Both the position numbers and the translations under genes were made by a program. Below, piece after piece: positions 1 to 10,600 of a stretch of DNA of 64,000 nt. The notes below the pieces were generated by a model. The model saw only the letters and a list, made by a program, of their open reading frames with translations. It was not told the origin of the DNA and ran no database searches. Position 1 is the first letter of the stretch. Each line of letters starts with the position of its first letter. Source of the DNA: Felis catus (Eukaryota); contig NC_058382.1 of the NCBI RefSeq assembly GCF_018350175.1, positions 7,254,001 through 7,318,000 on the forward strand, read 5' to 3'.

Positions 1-940
1 GAGGAGGAGGGATGGGGATCGAGGCAGGTAGGATGGGCAGATGGGAAGGGCAATGGAGGAGAAGAGATTAAAAAAAAAAAAAAACAAACGGGCAATGTTC
101 TCAGGACTTGGCCAAGATCTGGTGGTATTAGGAGAAAAGGAAAGCACTTAAGTTCCAGGTATGTTGGGCATGTGGGTCCTTGGTGGGTAGCGATATGAAG
201 GGGATGGGGTAGTTTATGACAAGAGTGGGTTAATCCAGTTGGGACCATATTTCCTCAACCTTCTAGGAGAGAGCTTTGTTCTTGCGGGGAGGGGCCTGGA
301 TGCTCAGGGTAGGGCATGCACATGTGTATGGCTGCTTGTGGTCTCTGCTTTGCTCAGTCTGTATCTTCCTTTCTCTCCTTCTCTCACCCCTGATCCTTCT
401 ATCTCTGTCCTTCTCTCTAATTCTTTCTCTCCCTTTCCCTGCCTTGCCCCATCCTGCCTGCCTCCTTCCTAGCAAGTCTCTGTTCTTTCTCCCAGCCTCA
501 GCCTGCTTTCTGGAAGGGCGTCCTCCTGCCCAGGACACTGGTCACAGCTCACCACAAGCTTCATTCAAGATAAATTTGCTTCCACCTCAGGACCCAGCCT
601 TAGGAATCATCTTCCTATCCCTCTTCCTCCTCCAGATCACAGGATATCCTGTATCCAGGTCCCACATCCCCAGATCATGGGAATGAGGGTTCCCCTCTCT
701 GGAGATCCCAGGGCCCCTCCCTCATTCCACCAAGCCCTGCAGGGGGGGGGGTCTCCTGCATCACCTCCATTCCCAAGGCCCCCAGTCAAGGCTCCAGGGC
801 TTCCCCCTCCTCCTGGGACATTTCTCAACCCAGATTAATCACAGGGGCGGCCCCAGAGAGGAGGAAGGAGATGGCATGGCTTACCTTAAAGAAGCACCCA
901 GCACCCCAACGCATGCTCAAGACCCAGGCACCCCGAGGTC

Positions 941-983
941 ATGAGGCTGGGACTCGTCTGTGCTCTGCTTTCTCTCCTGACAG
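941..983 (+). CDS. KLK9: KLK9 coding exon 1 (signal peptide)
   Basis: ATG at 941, [14 protein letters not shown], donor g|gtgagg. Confidence 0.93.
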
Positions 984-1361
984 GTGAGGCTCCTGCTGTC
1001 CATCTTGCTGCCTGTGCCCACGGCCCCCTGAGAGACCCCTCAACCCCTCCCCCACTCTCTACCCCCCCCCCCCACGCTTGCCCTTCCCCTTCCTGTTAGG
1101 TATCTCCCAGGTCTCCCCCAGCCCTCCCACCGTGATTGTCATTTACCCCTCTGCCTCCACCCCACCCCAGGGCACGGCGGGGCAGATACCCGAGCAATCG
1201 GGGCTGAGGAATGCCGCCCCAACTCGCAGCCCTGGCAGGCTGGGCTCTTCTTCCTCACCCGCCTCTTCTGTGGGGCTTCCCTCATCAGTGACCGCTGGCT
1301 GCTCACAGCTGCCCACTGCCGCAAGCGGTGAGTGACCCGGGCACCACTATGTGTCGACGGG

Positions 1362-1393
<32 letters not shown>

Positions 1394-4300
1394 GAGGATA
1401 AGGAAAGGGTGGGGGTGGGGTCAAGGGGCCTTCGGAGGGAGGGAGGGAGCTGTGGGCAGGAAGGATTTAGCCTTCATTTCTTTTCCCAAAAGCTCAACTG
1501 TTAGAATTGACTCTCCAAATTCTAGAGTCCCAAGTAATCTAATTATTGGAGTCTAAAATTTGAAACTCTTAAAAGCCTGGACTCTGACCCAGAAAAATCC
1601 AGAGTCTTGAGCTCCTGAAATCTCAGATCCATGAAATTCAGTGAATTCTAGAATCAGAGATTCATAGAGTGGTAGAAACTTAGGAATCCGGCTCTACCCC
1701 CAGAGGATATAATCACTCCAGCCACACTGGTAAGTTTACATTTTCTAGTACATGTATTACAAGAGTGAAAAAGAAATGATTAACATTAATGTTAATAGAT
1801 TTGCTTTGAAACACTCAAAATATTATTTCAATTTGCAATCCACTTTTAAATGTTTATGAATGACTGTTTAGTCTTTTTTTTTTAATACTACGCCTTTGAA
1901 GTCAGATGTACGTTTTACACATACAGCACCTCTCAGTTCAGATGAGCCACATTTCAAGTGCTCAATAGTTGTATAGGATAGCACAACTCTAGAATCTTAG
2001 ATTCAATTTCTAGGTAGGTTCATTGAATATAGAAGTTCATGGTCCTAGAATATTGTATTCAGAGTATACTAGAATAGTAAGACTTGCAGAATCCTAGAAT
2101 CTTGCATCAGTAGAATTCTAGAAACTTCTATTCATGACTGTCTAGAATCTGGTGAATTAAACATCCCAGAATGCTATCATTCCAGATTCTTAAAATCCCC
2201 CAGGTTTTAATTCAGAGAATTCTAGAGCCTCAAACTATTTGAACCTTAGCTTCCTGAATTTCGAAAACCATTGATTTATAGAATTCTAGAGTGATGAAAT
2301 TCATCTTATAGTCCCAGGATACTAGAATTCTAGGCTCTTTCAGTTCCTGATTTCACTCAGGTAATTTAACACCCCCCCTCAGACTTTTTGATCCAGAGAA
2401 ATCTAGAATGTTAGAACATTGAATTCATAACATTCTAGAACATAGAATTCTAGAATTGTGAATTCCTAACATGTTAGAATCTTAGAATTCTAGAATTTAG
2501 ATTCTGGGCATTCTAATGCCCAGAGTACGAGAATCTAAATGATTCAGTAATCTTTTCTGTATTATCTCTGGAAAGGAGTCATTCACCTTGTTCCAATATT
2601 CTTCCCTCCAGGAATGAAGCACATGGGGTTGGTATAGAATGTTGTGTGGGAATTTCCCATCAGTCATTGCTCCACGATAGGGTCTCTTTCGGCTCAGGTC
2701 TGTGCTTCAGGCTAGGAGAACAATGCTCAGATTTCAGTCCCAAAGACCAAGGAGAGAAGCAGAGATATGGAGGTAGAAAAGATTTAGGCATGAGGACGAG
2801 TTGGGGGGGATTGATTTCCCAGATATGGAACCAAGGCAACAAGGTGACAGAGAGTCAAAGATAGAGCTAACACCTCATACTCCTTAAATCCTGAATTCTC
2901 AATCAGAAGCCTGTTCCCTAAGGAACAGAGGTCAGAGGCTGAGGAATGGACACATATACTCCCAGATAGTCCCCAGCTGTCCTGGGACGTGGACTGGGCT
3001 TGCAGTGAGAGAGCTTGAGGGTAGGCCTCAGGAAGACACACATGGAGGGTAAGGGATACGGCTACAGGAAAACCCTGAGTTCATGGATGACCCCTAACTT
3101 GGGGATTTTCCATTTCCCATCCCCTTCCATGCATACACACACACACCAACACACACACAGAGCCACTCCCCGCAAAAGCCACCAGACCTGTGGGGGCAGG
3201 AGGTGGGGCTGTTGTTGTATGGTAGGTGGAGACTCCATGTGCCTACACACTTCCAGGGGACCCAGGTCACCTTTAAGGCTCCAGGTGGGGCAGGAAGGAA
3301 GGCGACTCACTTGGTACGGGACTTGGGAGGGGTGTGAGTTTTGGGGGGAGAGCTACAAAGGTAGAGGCAGATGAAAGGATGGAGTGAGGAGCTGGGGCCC
3401 AGAGAGGGTGTATGCCTTGCCTAAAATCACACAGCACTCTGGGTCGTACAGAGATGATGGGGGCCCAGGGACAGTGTGTGGCTTGTGGAGCACCCAAGCT
3501 TGGTGGACACCCAGCTTGACCTCTGAGGCCTGTCCCAACAGGTATCTGTGGGTCCGCCTTGGGGAGCACCACCTCTGGAGATGGGAGGGTCCAGAGCAAC
3601 TGTTCCGGGTCACGGACTTCTTCCCCCACCCTGGGTTCAACAAGGACCTCAGAGCCCATGACCATAATGATGACATCATGCTGATCCGTCTGCCCAGGAA
3701 GGCACATCTGGGCCCTGCTGTGCAGCCCCTCAACCTCAGCCAGACCTGCGTCTCCCCAGGCACCCAGTGCCTCATCTCAGGCTGGGGAGCCGTGTCCAGT
3801 CCTAAGGGTACAGTGTTGCTCACAACTCAATCCCTTGTGTCTCACGCTGACGGTCTGAATCCCCTCTGTTTCTCTGTCTCTGCCTTTTCATCTGATAGAT
3901 AGGGAAAAAAATTTAAGACGCTATAAATTGAAGGTGCATCATTATTTTACAACCACTAAGAACAGGGGGGAAAAAAGGTCCCATTAATCCTTGTATGACA
4001 CCATTTGCTGGAAGACCCTTCCTGGATGTTGGAGATGTTTAAATGTGAAAATACGTGCATCTTGGAATGGAAATGAGTTGTACAGAGTGACTCTCTCAGA
4101 GTCACCGATCAGCAACCCATTAGCCATATTTAGCTTCCTCGCATCAGTTTTCAGAGTGCCTGGAAAAAACAGTCTGAATTTGTTGCTGCCAACAACTAAA
4201 GCCTGGGAGATTTTACACAAAAGCCAAATTTCTGCGTTTGCTGGAAAAATTCAAAGAACTGGCAACGTTGGAGCCACATTCCCTAAATAGCGGCCATTGG

Positions 4301-5628
4301 GCAGAATCGGTGGAGGCTGCCCCCTTCAGACCAGATGTGGGTTCTCTGGTTCACTACAGTGCCCCCAGTGGCTGCTGTGGCTGCACAGTCCCCTCCACCC
4401 ACTTCTATTTGCCTGTCAATATCCATATACATGGGTATATGGATATGGATATCTATATTATACATGCTGTGTCTCCCTGTCTGTATCTAGTATCTTTTAA
4501 GTCTTTATCTCTCTTCCAATGACCATAAATACCTCCTCCCTTTATCTCACTGTCCTTGGCATTTCTGGGCCTCTTTCCCTCTCTTTCTTCATTGCTTCCT
4601 GAGAATCTCTTTCCCCTTAAGAGGTCTATCTCCTGGTATGGTCTCTGCTTTTCTGTGTATCCTGTATCTCTTCTTGGTTCTTGACTCTCTGACTCTGTTT
4701 CTCTGGCTCTCTCCCTCTCCTCAAACATCTGTTTCTCTTTCACGCTGTGATTTCTTTTTGTCACTGTGTCTTGTTTCTATCTTTGACAGTCTTATGCTGT
4801 GGTTCTATGGGTCCTCCTTAGGGAAGGGTCTGGATGGAGGGGCATCTGAGTGTGATGAGCACAACTGCTGATCCTCTATGGGTTGACCTCTTTTGCCAAC
4901 AGTGCAGTACCCACTCACGCTACAGTGTGCTAACATCAGCATCCTGGAGCACAAACTCTGCCATCGGGCATATCCGGGCCACATCTCTGACAGTATGCTC
5001 TGTGCCGGCCTTTGGGAGGGGGGCCGGGGTTCCTGCCAGGTGAGTCCCACTCTGGGGAGGTGGGGAATGGGTATCTTGCCAGATTCCTGGGCCCTAGGGA
5101 ATTAGGGAGTTGGGCCCCAGACTTCCTGGGTGAAAGCAAGTGGGGATCTGGGACACTTGGGTCCTGGGAGAAGATGGGGCCAAGACCAAGATTCCTGGAT
5201 TTAAAGGGGACTGTGGGCCCAGAGTCCAGGATCTAAAGAAAGAGGAGACTAGTCTTAAAGAACAGACTTTAAGTCCTGAGGGAAGAGGGGACTAGGATCC
5301 CAGAAGGCTGGGTGCAGGGTTGAGGTGAGGGGTATGAGCTTTTACTCCTGGGTCTGAGGGAGGAGGGACTGGCCGCCTGGACGCCAAGGTGTCAGGAGAG
5401 GAGGGCTTCCTGGGAGAAAGGTAATATCATGAATACACCCGCTTAACAGTTTCATTGCTCTTCTGCCGCGCACAGGGTGACTCTGGAGGCCCTTTGGTTT
5501 GCGAAGGGACCCTGGCAGGTGTGGTGTCTGGGGGTGCCGAGCCCTGCTCCAGACCCCGTCGCCCCGCCGTGTACACCAGTGTATGCCACTACGTGGACTG
5601 GATCCGAAAGACCATGGAGGACAACTGA
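941..5628 (+). CDS. KLK9: Kallikrein-related peptidase 9, 5 coding exons: 941-983, 1171-1327, 3542-3807, 4903-5039, 5476-5628 (251 aa)
   Basis: Spliced translation [41 protein letters not shown]...TAAHC...[10 protein letters not shown]...GGRGSCQ GDSGGP...RKTMEDN*. All junctions GT-AG, 756 nt in frame. The AIGA N-terminus and Gly at S1 are typical of KLK9. Confidence 0.96.
1171..1327 (+). CDS. KLK9: KLK9 coding exon 2 (catalytic His)
   Basis: ccccag acceptor; [10 protein letters not shown]...[10 protein letters not shown]; donor gtgagt. Confidence 0.95.
1363..1392 (+). repeat. poly(G) run (30 nt)
   Basis: Directly visible. Confidence 0.85.
1715..1987. mobile_element. MER3/MER33-like hAT-Charlie fragment
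   Basis: Contains gccacatttcaagtgctcaatag...atagcacaactctaga, a typical terminus (from memory). Confidence 0.6.
3542..3807 (+). CDS. KLK9: KLK9 coding exon 3 (catalytic Asp)
   Basis: [12 protein letters not shown]...[11 protein letters not shown]...[13 protein letters not shown]; lies within ORF 3384..3902. Confidence 0.95.
4903..5039 (+). CDS. KLK9: KLK9 coding exon 4
   Basis: [14 protein letters not shown]...[15 protein letters not shown]; 137 nt; donor gtgagt. Confidence 0.95.
5476..5628 (+). CDS. KLK9: KLK9 coding exon 5 (catalytic Ser)
   Basis: [53 protein letters not shown]. Confidence 0.95.
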   Translation, partial: GDSGGPLVCEGTLAGVVSGGAEPCSRPRRPAVYTSVCHYVDWIRKTMEDN

Positions 5629-6103
5629 GCTCTCGCGCCTCAGGACCAAGAGAGAAGGGTGGGCGCAGGGGAGCCGGGAATTGCCGGACTCTGGCCTCGG
5701 CAGCGCGGAGACGCACTTTGCATATTCAGGCTCCGCCCCCTGTTGGCCGACAGCATCGAGAAGGACAGGGAGACACCTCCGCCCCTGTAGCCCCGCCTTC
5801 TATGATGTCACCGAGAGCTGGCACCGCCCCCATGGAACAGCTTCGCCTAGGGCTCCGCTCGGGAAGCTCCTCCACCAGATAGCTCCTCCCCTCGGAGCTT
5901 TGCCCAATGAGGCTTCCCCCTCTGGACCCCACCCCTTGTAACCCCGCCTCCTCCGTGAGAGATCCCACCCCCGTGACGTCAGGGGCGCGGCAGCTTCCCC
6001 CACTAGGGACTGAGGCGCTGTCGGGCTCCGCCCCTCGTGGCCCCGCCCCTGGGCGTTTGAATCCTGGCGGGGTCCCAGCCTGAGAACCAATGGAAGATTT
6101 TAC

Positions 6104-6109
6104 AATAAA
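6104..6109 (+). terminator. KLK9 polyadenylation signal
   Basis: First AATAAA downstream of the KLK9 stop. Confidence 0.7.
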
Positions 6110-6529
6110 CGCGCGTAGCCGCGCCTTCCGTCTGCCTGCTCCGTGGGATGAAGGAAGGGCAACGGGTGGGCGGCGGTAGGCAGACAGGGAACGGCCACCG
6201 TACAGCAATTCCCCCTAAGCCTCTAGCAGGTCCTGCCTAAAGTCTGTCTCCATCAGCCCTATTGCAGCAAGGCCGCTGGGTTCTGCTTGGGCTGGTCCCG
6301 TCTCCCCCAGGGGAAGGGGAAACCAGGTCACGGTGCCTCCCAAACCTGCCTTCCCACATCCCGGATCTCTCAGGGGGCAGGGGGCGGGGCCAGATCCGCC
6401 CTCAGACGTCGAGACCAAGAGGACTCACCTTCCTTCCATTCCGAGGTAGTGACAGCAGCCCCCTGCTCCCGCAAGAACCCAGGTTCCAAGTCACTCCTTC
6501 TAAAAAGACTGAAGAGTTCAGCCCCCAAC

Positions 6530-6900
6530 CCCCTGCTCCCTCAGACCAAAATTTCACGCCTATATTATTCCCCCTCCCCTCTCAGACCCAAAAGTTTGGG
6601 TCCCCAGCTCCCCCCAACCGTCAGACCCAGGAGTCCAGAATCCCAGCCCCCACTTCCAGACCCAGAGTCCGGGCCTCAAGACCCCTCCTTCCTCAGACCC
6701 AGGAGTTCAGACGCCCAGCCCCTACCTCCCCTGAACCCAGAGTCCAGGTCCCCGGCCTACCCGCCCCCCCCCCCCGCCCCCGCCCTCGGAGCCAGTAGTC
6801 CGCGTCCCCAGCCCTTTCTGATTCAGACCCAGGAGTCACAGCACTGAGGTCCTTCTCTCCCAAGCCCGAGGAGTTCCAGATCCCAGCTCCTCCTCCTTCA
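6530..6900 (+). repeat. MSR1-like ~37 bp minisatellite array
   Basis: Repeated cctcagacccaggagtccag...cccagcccct units. Confidence 0.75.
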
Positions 6901-7014
6901 AGATTTCTCTTTCAGCCCCTCAGTTCCTTCTCACTCAAACACAGAGTTCCAGTTCCCTGGTGCTCTGCAGGCTCCAGAGGGGGAGGAGGCGGAGCAGGAG
7001 GCGGGGATTCCCAG

Positions 7015-7119
7015 TTAAAAGCCTCCAGAATCTAGTACTCGGCAGACGGAGCTGAAGTACCGGGGCCTCTTCCTCTGGGTCTGAATCAGTCGGTGACCCC
7101 GCCCCTTGGATTCTGTAAG
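7015..7119 (+). promoter_or_regulatory. KLK8: KLK8 TATA-like box (TTAAAA 7015-7020) and non-coding first exon ending at donor aag|gtgaga (7119)
   Basis: GC boxes (gaggcgg) upstream; exon resembles the recalled human KLK8 5' UTR; would splice to the acceptor at 7548. Confidence 0.65.
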
Positions 7120-7199
7120 GTGAGAGGCCAAAGTACTCAGACACAGGCATCAGGCCGGAGCCCCTCCTCCCCCAGGACTACCCCTTCCTCCTTCAAGAG

Positions 7200-7445
7200 T
7201 TAGGAATCTGGCCCCTGGCCCCCTTCTCCACCACCCCACCCCCCCCCCGCCCCAAGACTTAGGAATCTCAACTCCCAGTTTCCTCTTCCTTCAGATCCTG
7301 GAGTCCAGGACCCTAATTCTTCCATTCCTTGGAATGTAGGAATCCAGCCCCCACCTCCCCTCCTCAGATTCAGAAATCTGGGGTCTGCCGCCTTCTTCCT
7401 CAACCTAAGAAATCTGGATCCCCAGCCCTTTCCTCCTGCAGGACC
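7200..7445 (+). repeat. Degenerate MSR1-like array in KLK8 5' intron
   Basis: ttcagatcctggagtccagg / ctcagattcagaaatctgg units. Confidence 0.6.
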
Positions 7446-7556
7446 CACAAAAATGGCTTCGGATGCGCTGCTCCCTTATTTCAAGATCCTCCTAGGATTT
7501 AGCTCTCCCCCCTCCTCAGGTCTCAGCCCTGCCTTCTCGCTCTCCCAGACCCCACC

Positions 7557-7626
7557 ATGGGACATCCCCCAGCCGCTGCAGTCTGGATCTGGACGTTTTT
7601 GCTATTGGTGCTGGAAGCCTGGACAG
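7557..7626 (+). CDS. KLK8: KLK8 coding exon 1
   Basis: Kozak ccaccATGg; signal peptide; donor gtgagg. Confidence 0.93.
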
Positions 7627-10600
7627 GTGAGGGGGGCCTGGCGGGAACCTCGGGAATGCCACGGTGGGTGCTTGCGATGGCATGGGGGTGGGGGTGTGAA
7701 ACACACGATCACGTGCGGGAGCTTCTTCAGGCTTTCCCGAGGGCGGATGGGGGCACACACACATGGCAGCAGGCAGGAGTGCGTCAGGTCCTGCTGCCTA
7801 TTGCATGAGCACACCAAGCCTGCAGGGCTGCCTGCTGAGGGGCGCAGATACGCACGGGAGTATACGGGCGTGTGAATGCATGTGGAAGCATGCTTGGGTG
7901 TGTGACTTCGTGTGACTCATGGGCTTCAATGAGTGTACGTGTGCATCTGTGTGGCAAGCCAGGGACCTCGCGTGTGAGGGTGTGTGGACATGTGAGGTGG
8001 CAGGCAGACGACTTGCCGTGTGTGTGTTTGAACCCATAGTGGCTTTCTTGGCCCTTCCACTGCCGCAGGGGGTGGTGATCCAACCCTCTCCCTCCTGCTG
8101 CAGGACACTTGAGGGCACAGGAGTCCAAGGTGCTGGGTGGCCAGGAGTGTGAGGCCCATTCACAGCCTTGGCAGACAGCCTTGTTCCAGGGTGTCCGGCT
8201 GCTATGCGGGGGCGTCCTCATCGATGACAACTGGGTCCTCACAGCAGCCCACTGTAAAAAACAGTGAGTTTTTGCCTGGGGCAGAGGTGGGCTGGGGCCT
8301 GAGGGGAGGGGCAAAGAAGAGAGCTGGAGATTGAGCTTCTAAAAGAGGAGGGCTGAGGGAGGAGGGGGCCAGGGGCTCATACTCCTGCCGGGGTCCCAGA
8401 CTACTCTCCACCATTACAGGAAGTACACGGTACGCCTGGGGGAACACAGCCTGAAGAAAAAGGACAGTTCAGAGCAAGAAATGGCTGTGGCTCAGTCCAT
8501 CCCACACCCCTGCTACAACAGCAGCAGCGAGGACCACAGCCATGATCTCATGCTCATCCGACTACGTGGTCAGGCATCCCTGGGGCCCCAAGTGAAGCCC
8601 ATCAACCTGGCGGATCACTGCCCTCAAGCTGGCCAGAAGTGCACCATCTCGGGCTGGGGCACCGTCACCAGCCCCCGAGGTAGTAGGAGGCAGAGGAGAA
8701 GCTGGCTGGCCCACTGGACCCCAAGCCATTGGCAAAGCTCTGGCTCCAGAAGGAGATAGAGAAGGGACAGTGATTGTGAGTTTGAGACTCACAGGTGGCC
8801 CATGTTGGAAACCCCAAAGATCAGAATATTAACAGGAGTGGTGGGAGAAAGAAAGCAAAATAGCAGACTGTTAGAGCAGGTTCCCAAAAAATGAATGGAT
8901 GCATGAGTGGACGAAAGAATGTATGCCTCCTTTATGGTGGAGAGTGCCATGTTATGAGAACCTTCATAGCACAGGGTCTTATATAATCTTAACAGGCTTG
9001 GGGTAGATGGGCTCCTCAGTGGCCCAAGAAAACAGGCTCCTACAATCTTCTCCCTCCTGAACCCACGATTCCTGGCACCAGAAACTCTTTTTCTTTACAC
9101 CCAGGAGTCCAGGCCCTTCCTCCCCCAAGACGCATAGTCTAGTTTCCAGCTCATTCCTCACTCTGGACCCCAAAAGTCTGGACCTCCATTGAAGTCCTCC
9201 CTTTGGGACTTCAGAGTCCAGGCAGCTCCTCACCCTACATCACAGTGAAAGAATTGAGGCTCAGCTCAGAGAGGCGTGTGATTCACCAAGAAGCAGCAAA
9301 GCCAGGACTCAGGTCCCTGCCTGTCTGGCTCTTACTTCTAAGGAGACAAGGGACACTGTGGAAACCCACTGGCTCATGAATCAGTCAGGTCAGTTCACAC
9401 CATGCTCTGCCCTTTTTTCTGGGCAAGTCCCTTTCCATCTCTCGGCCTCACTTTCTTCATCTGCAAAATAGGGATAATTGACCAATAGATTTTTTAAGTT
9501 TATTTATTTTATTTTGGGGGGGGGAGGGAGAGGGAGGGAGAGGGAGAGAGAATGAGTAGGGAAGGGGCAGAGAGAGAAAATATCCCAAGCACACTCAGCA
9601 CTGTCAGCGGAGCCTGATGCGGGGCTCAAACCCATGAAACGTCACATCATAACCTGAGCAGAAACCAGGAGTTGGACACTTAACTGACTGATGCACCCAG
9701 GTGCCCCTGACCAATAGATTTTTAAGCTCCATAAGGGTTCAGGTTAAAGCTTTTTTCTTCATGGTGCATTCCTAGTGCTCAGGATGGTTCTTGGTATACA
9801 GTAGGTACTCAATAAATATTTGTTGAATGAATGCATGGATGACTCAATTATGGATGAATGAATGTATCCCTCTTTTAAAAAGCGATTGTGAGTTCAGATG
9901 TCTTACAATCAATGAGATTGTGAGTATACAGCTTCTGGAGAATGGAGGTGCCAGATAGAAGTGTTTTCCCTTCAAGTCTATTGCTCAAAGGTTAATAAGA
10001 AAAATTAATTCCATTTTCTTTCTTTTTTAAATTGAAGTATAATTGGCACACAATATTCTATTATTTATTTTTAATTTTTTAAATTTTATTTTAGAAAGAG
10101 TGCAAGCTAGGAAGAGGGGTGGGGGTAGGGAGAGAGTCTCAAGCAGACTCCATGCTCAGTGAGGAGCTTCGTGCAGGGCTCAATCCCACGACCCTGGGAT
10201 CATGACCTGAGCTGAAATCAAGAGTTGGACACTCAACTGACTGAGCCACCCAGGTGCCCTGCAATATTCTATTAGTTTTGTGTACACAAAAAATATAATA
10301 TACACAAANNNNNNNNNNNNNNNNNNNNNNNNNNNNNNNNNNNNNNNNNNNNNNNNNNNNNNNNNNNNNNNNNNNNNNNNNNNNNNNNNNNNNNNNNNNN
10401 NNNNNNNNNNNNNNNNNNNNNNNNNNNNNNNNNNNNNNNNCTGTCACTATACAAAGTTGTAACAATATTATTGACCATATTCCTCGTGGTGTACATTACA
10501 TGGTTAATTCCACTTTTAGTCATTAATTCAATTTGTTTGTAAGCATCTGGTAGTCCCAGCTGCTGTATTGTGTGAAGTCCCTATCCTATGGATTTGCATG

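Noticed and set aside
913-983. Out-of-frame upstream ATG at 913 before KLK9
   Set aside because: TSS unknown and possibly at or past this position; weak context, so a uORF cannot be claimed.
6530-6900. Repeat array resembling CRISPR
   Set aside because: Eukaryotic degenerate tandem minisatellite with no unique spacers and no cas genes.
10139-10523. ORFs spanning N runs (also 59697-60137)
   Set aside because: Artefacts of assembly gaps.
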